Shown here: in pieces, positions 50,661 through 50,780 of the stretch
How positions within the stretch are numbered: position 1 is the stretch's first letter
Layout of the letters: the number at the start of each line of letters is the position of its first letter
Assembly (NCBI GenBank): GCA_011369465.1
Contig: DRQG01000140.1
Location: 1 to 50,780 of the forward strand
Direction: 5' to 3'
DNA length: 50,780 nucleotides
Origin: Caldithrix abyssi
GTDB taxonomy: Bacteria > Calditrichota > Calditrichia > Calditrichales > Calditrichaceae
Notes under the pieces: generated by a model
The model's database searches: none
What the model saw: the letters and a program-made list of their open reading frames with translations, nothing else
What the model was told of the DNA's origin: nothing
Made by a program: the position numbers and the translations under genes

Positions 50661-50780
50661 AAGAATAATGTCACTTGGCATGAACAAAAGCACCATTTGG
50701 CATAGAGCCAATAAATTTAAAAAGGTAGTTTTTCCTGTTCGCGGCGTTTTTGTTCCATTTTTTGTTTTTTAATTTCATCA

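Noticed and set aside
50663-50780. Short open frames on the minus strand running in from the right window edge, for example MKLKNKKWNKNAANRKNYLFKFIGSMPNGAFVHAK.
   Set aside because: They are too short and low-complexity to call. One may be the 3' end of a gene lying beyond the window, but it cannot be supported from this fragment.

Overview
This 50.8-kb window is chromosomal DNA from a Gram-negative-type bacterium. I did not try to place the organism; the composition is mosaic, with AT-rich membrane-protein genes at about 35-40% GC and GC-rich soluble-enzyme genes at about 55-60% GC. The content, in order, is as follows. (1) 1-13746: a plus-strand exopolysaccharide or O-antigen-type locus. 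It contains a Wzc-like tyrosine kinase, a secreted protein, a Wzx flippase, a Wzy-like polymerase, a deacetylase, a family-1 glycosyltransferase, an initiating sugar-phosphate transferase, a PHP phosphoesterase, an ATP-grasp enzyme, a DegT aminotransferase and a PglF/CapD-type dehydratase. (2) 13909-21273: a YgiQ radical-SAM enzyme, a secreted beta-barrel-like protein, an aldo/keto reductase, a repeat-rich gap holding an ATPase gene remnant, a DJ-1/PfpI protein, a DUF2147 protein and a membrane coiled-coil protein. (3) 21280-30235: a block bounded and interrupted by three copies of a composite intergenic repeat. It holds a 1853-aa ORF, a small membrane protein and an APC permease. By motif inspection the giant ORF fuses a class-I PLP aminotransferase domain to a full-length but degenerate phosphoenolpyruvate-carboxylase-like module, and I consider it the most novel element in the window. 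(4) 30381-33224: pntAB, encoding NAD(P) transhydrogenase, on the minus strand. This is followed by a 5'-nucleotidase and then a four-gene signalling island: two PAS/GAF hybrid histidine kinases, a REC-HDOD regulator and a REC regulator with a degenerate HD-GYP-like domain. (5) 44300-50446: a minus-strand nucleotide-sugar operon carrying wecB, fcl, gmd, a hexapeptide acetyltransferase and a Gfo/Idh/MocA oxidoreductase. A HEPN/MNT toxin-antitoxin pair and two unknown small genes are inserted within it. No rRNA, tRNA or CRISPR array was recognised. All functional calls rest on motif-level reading of the ORF translations; no searches were run.
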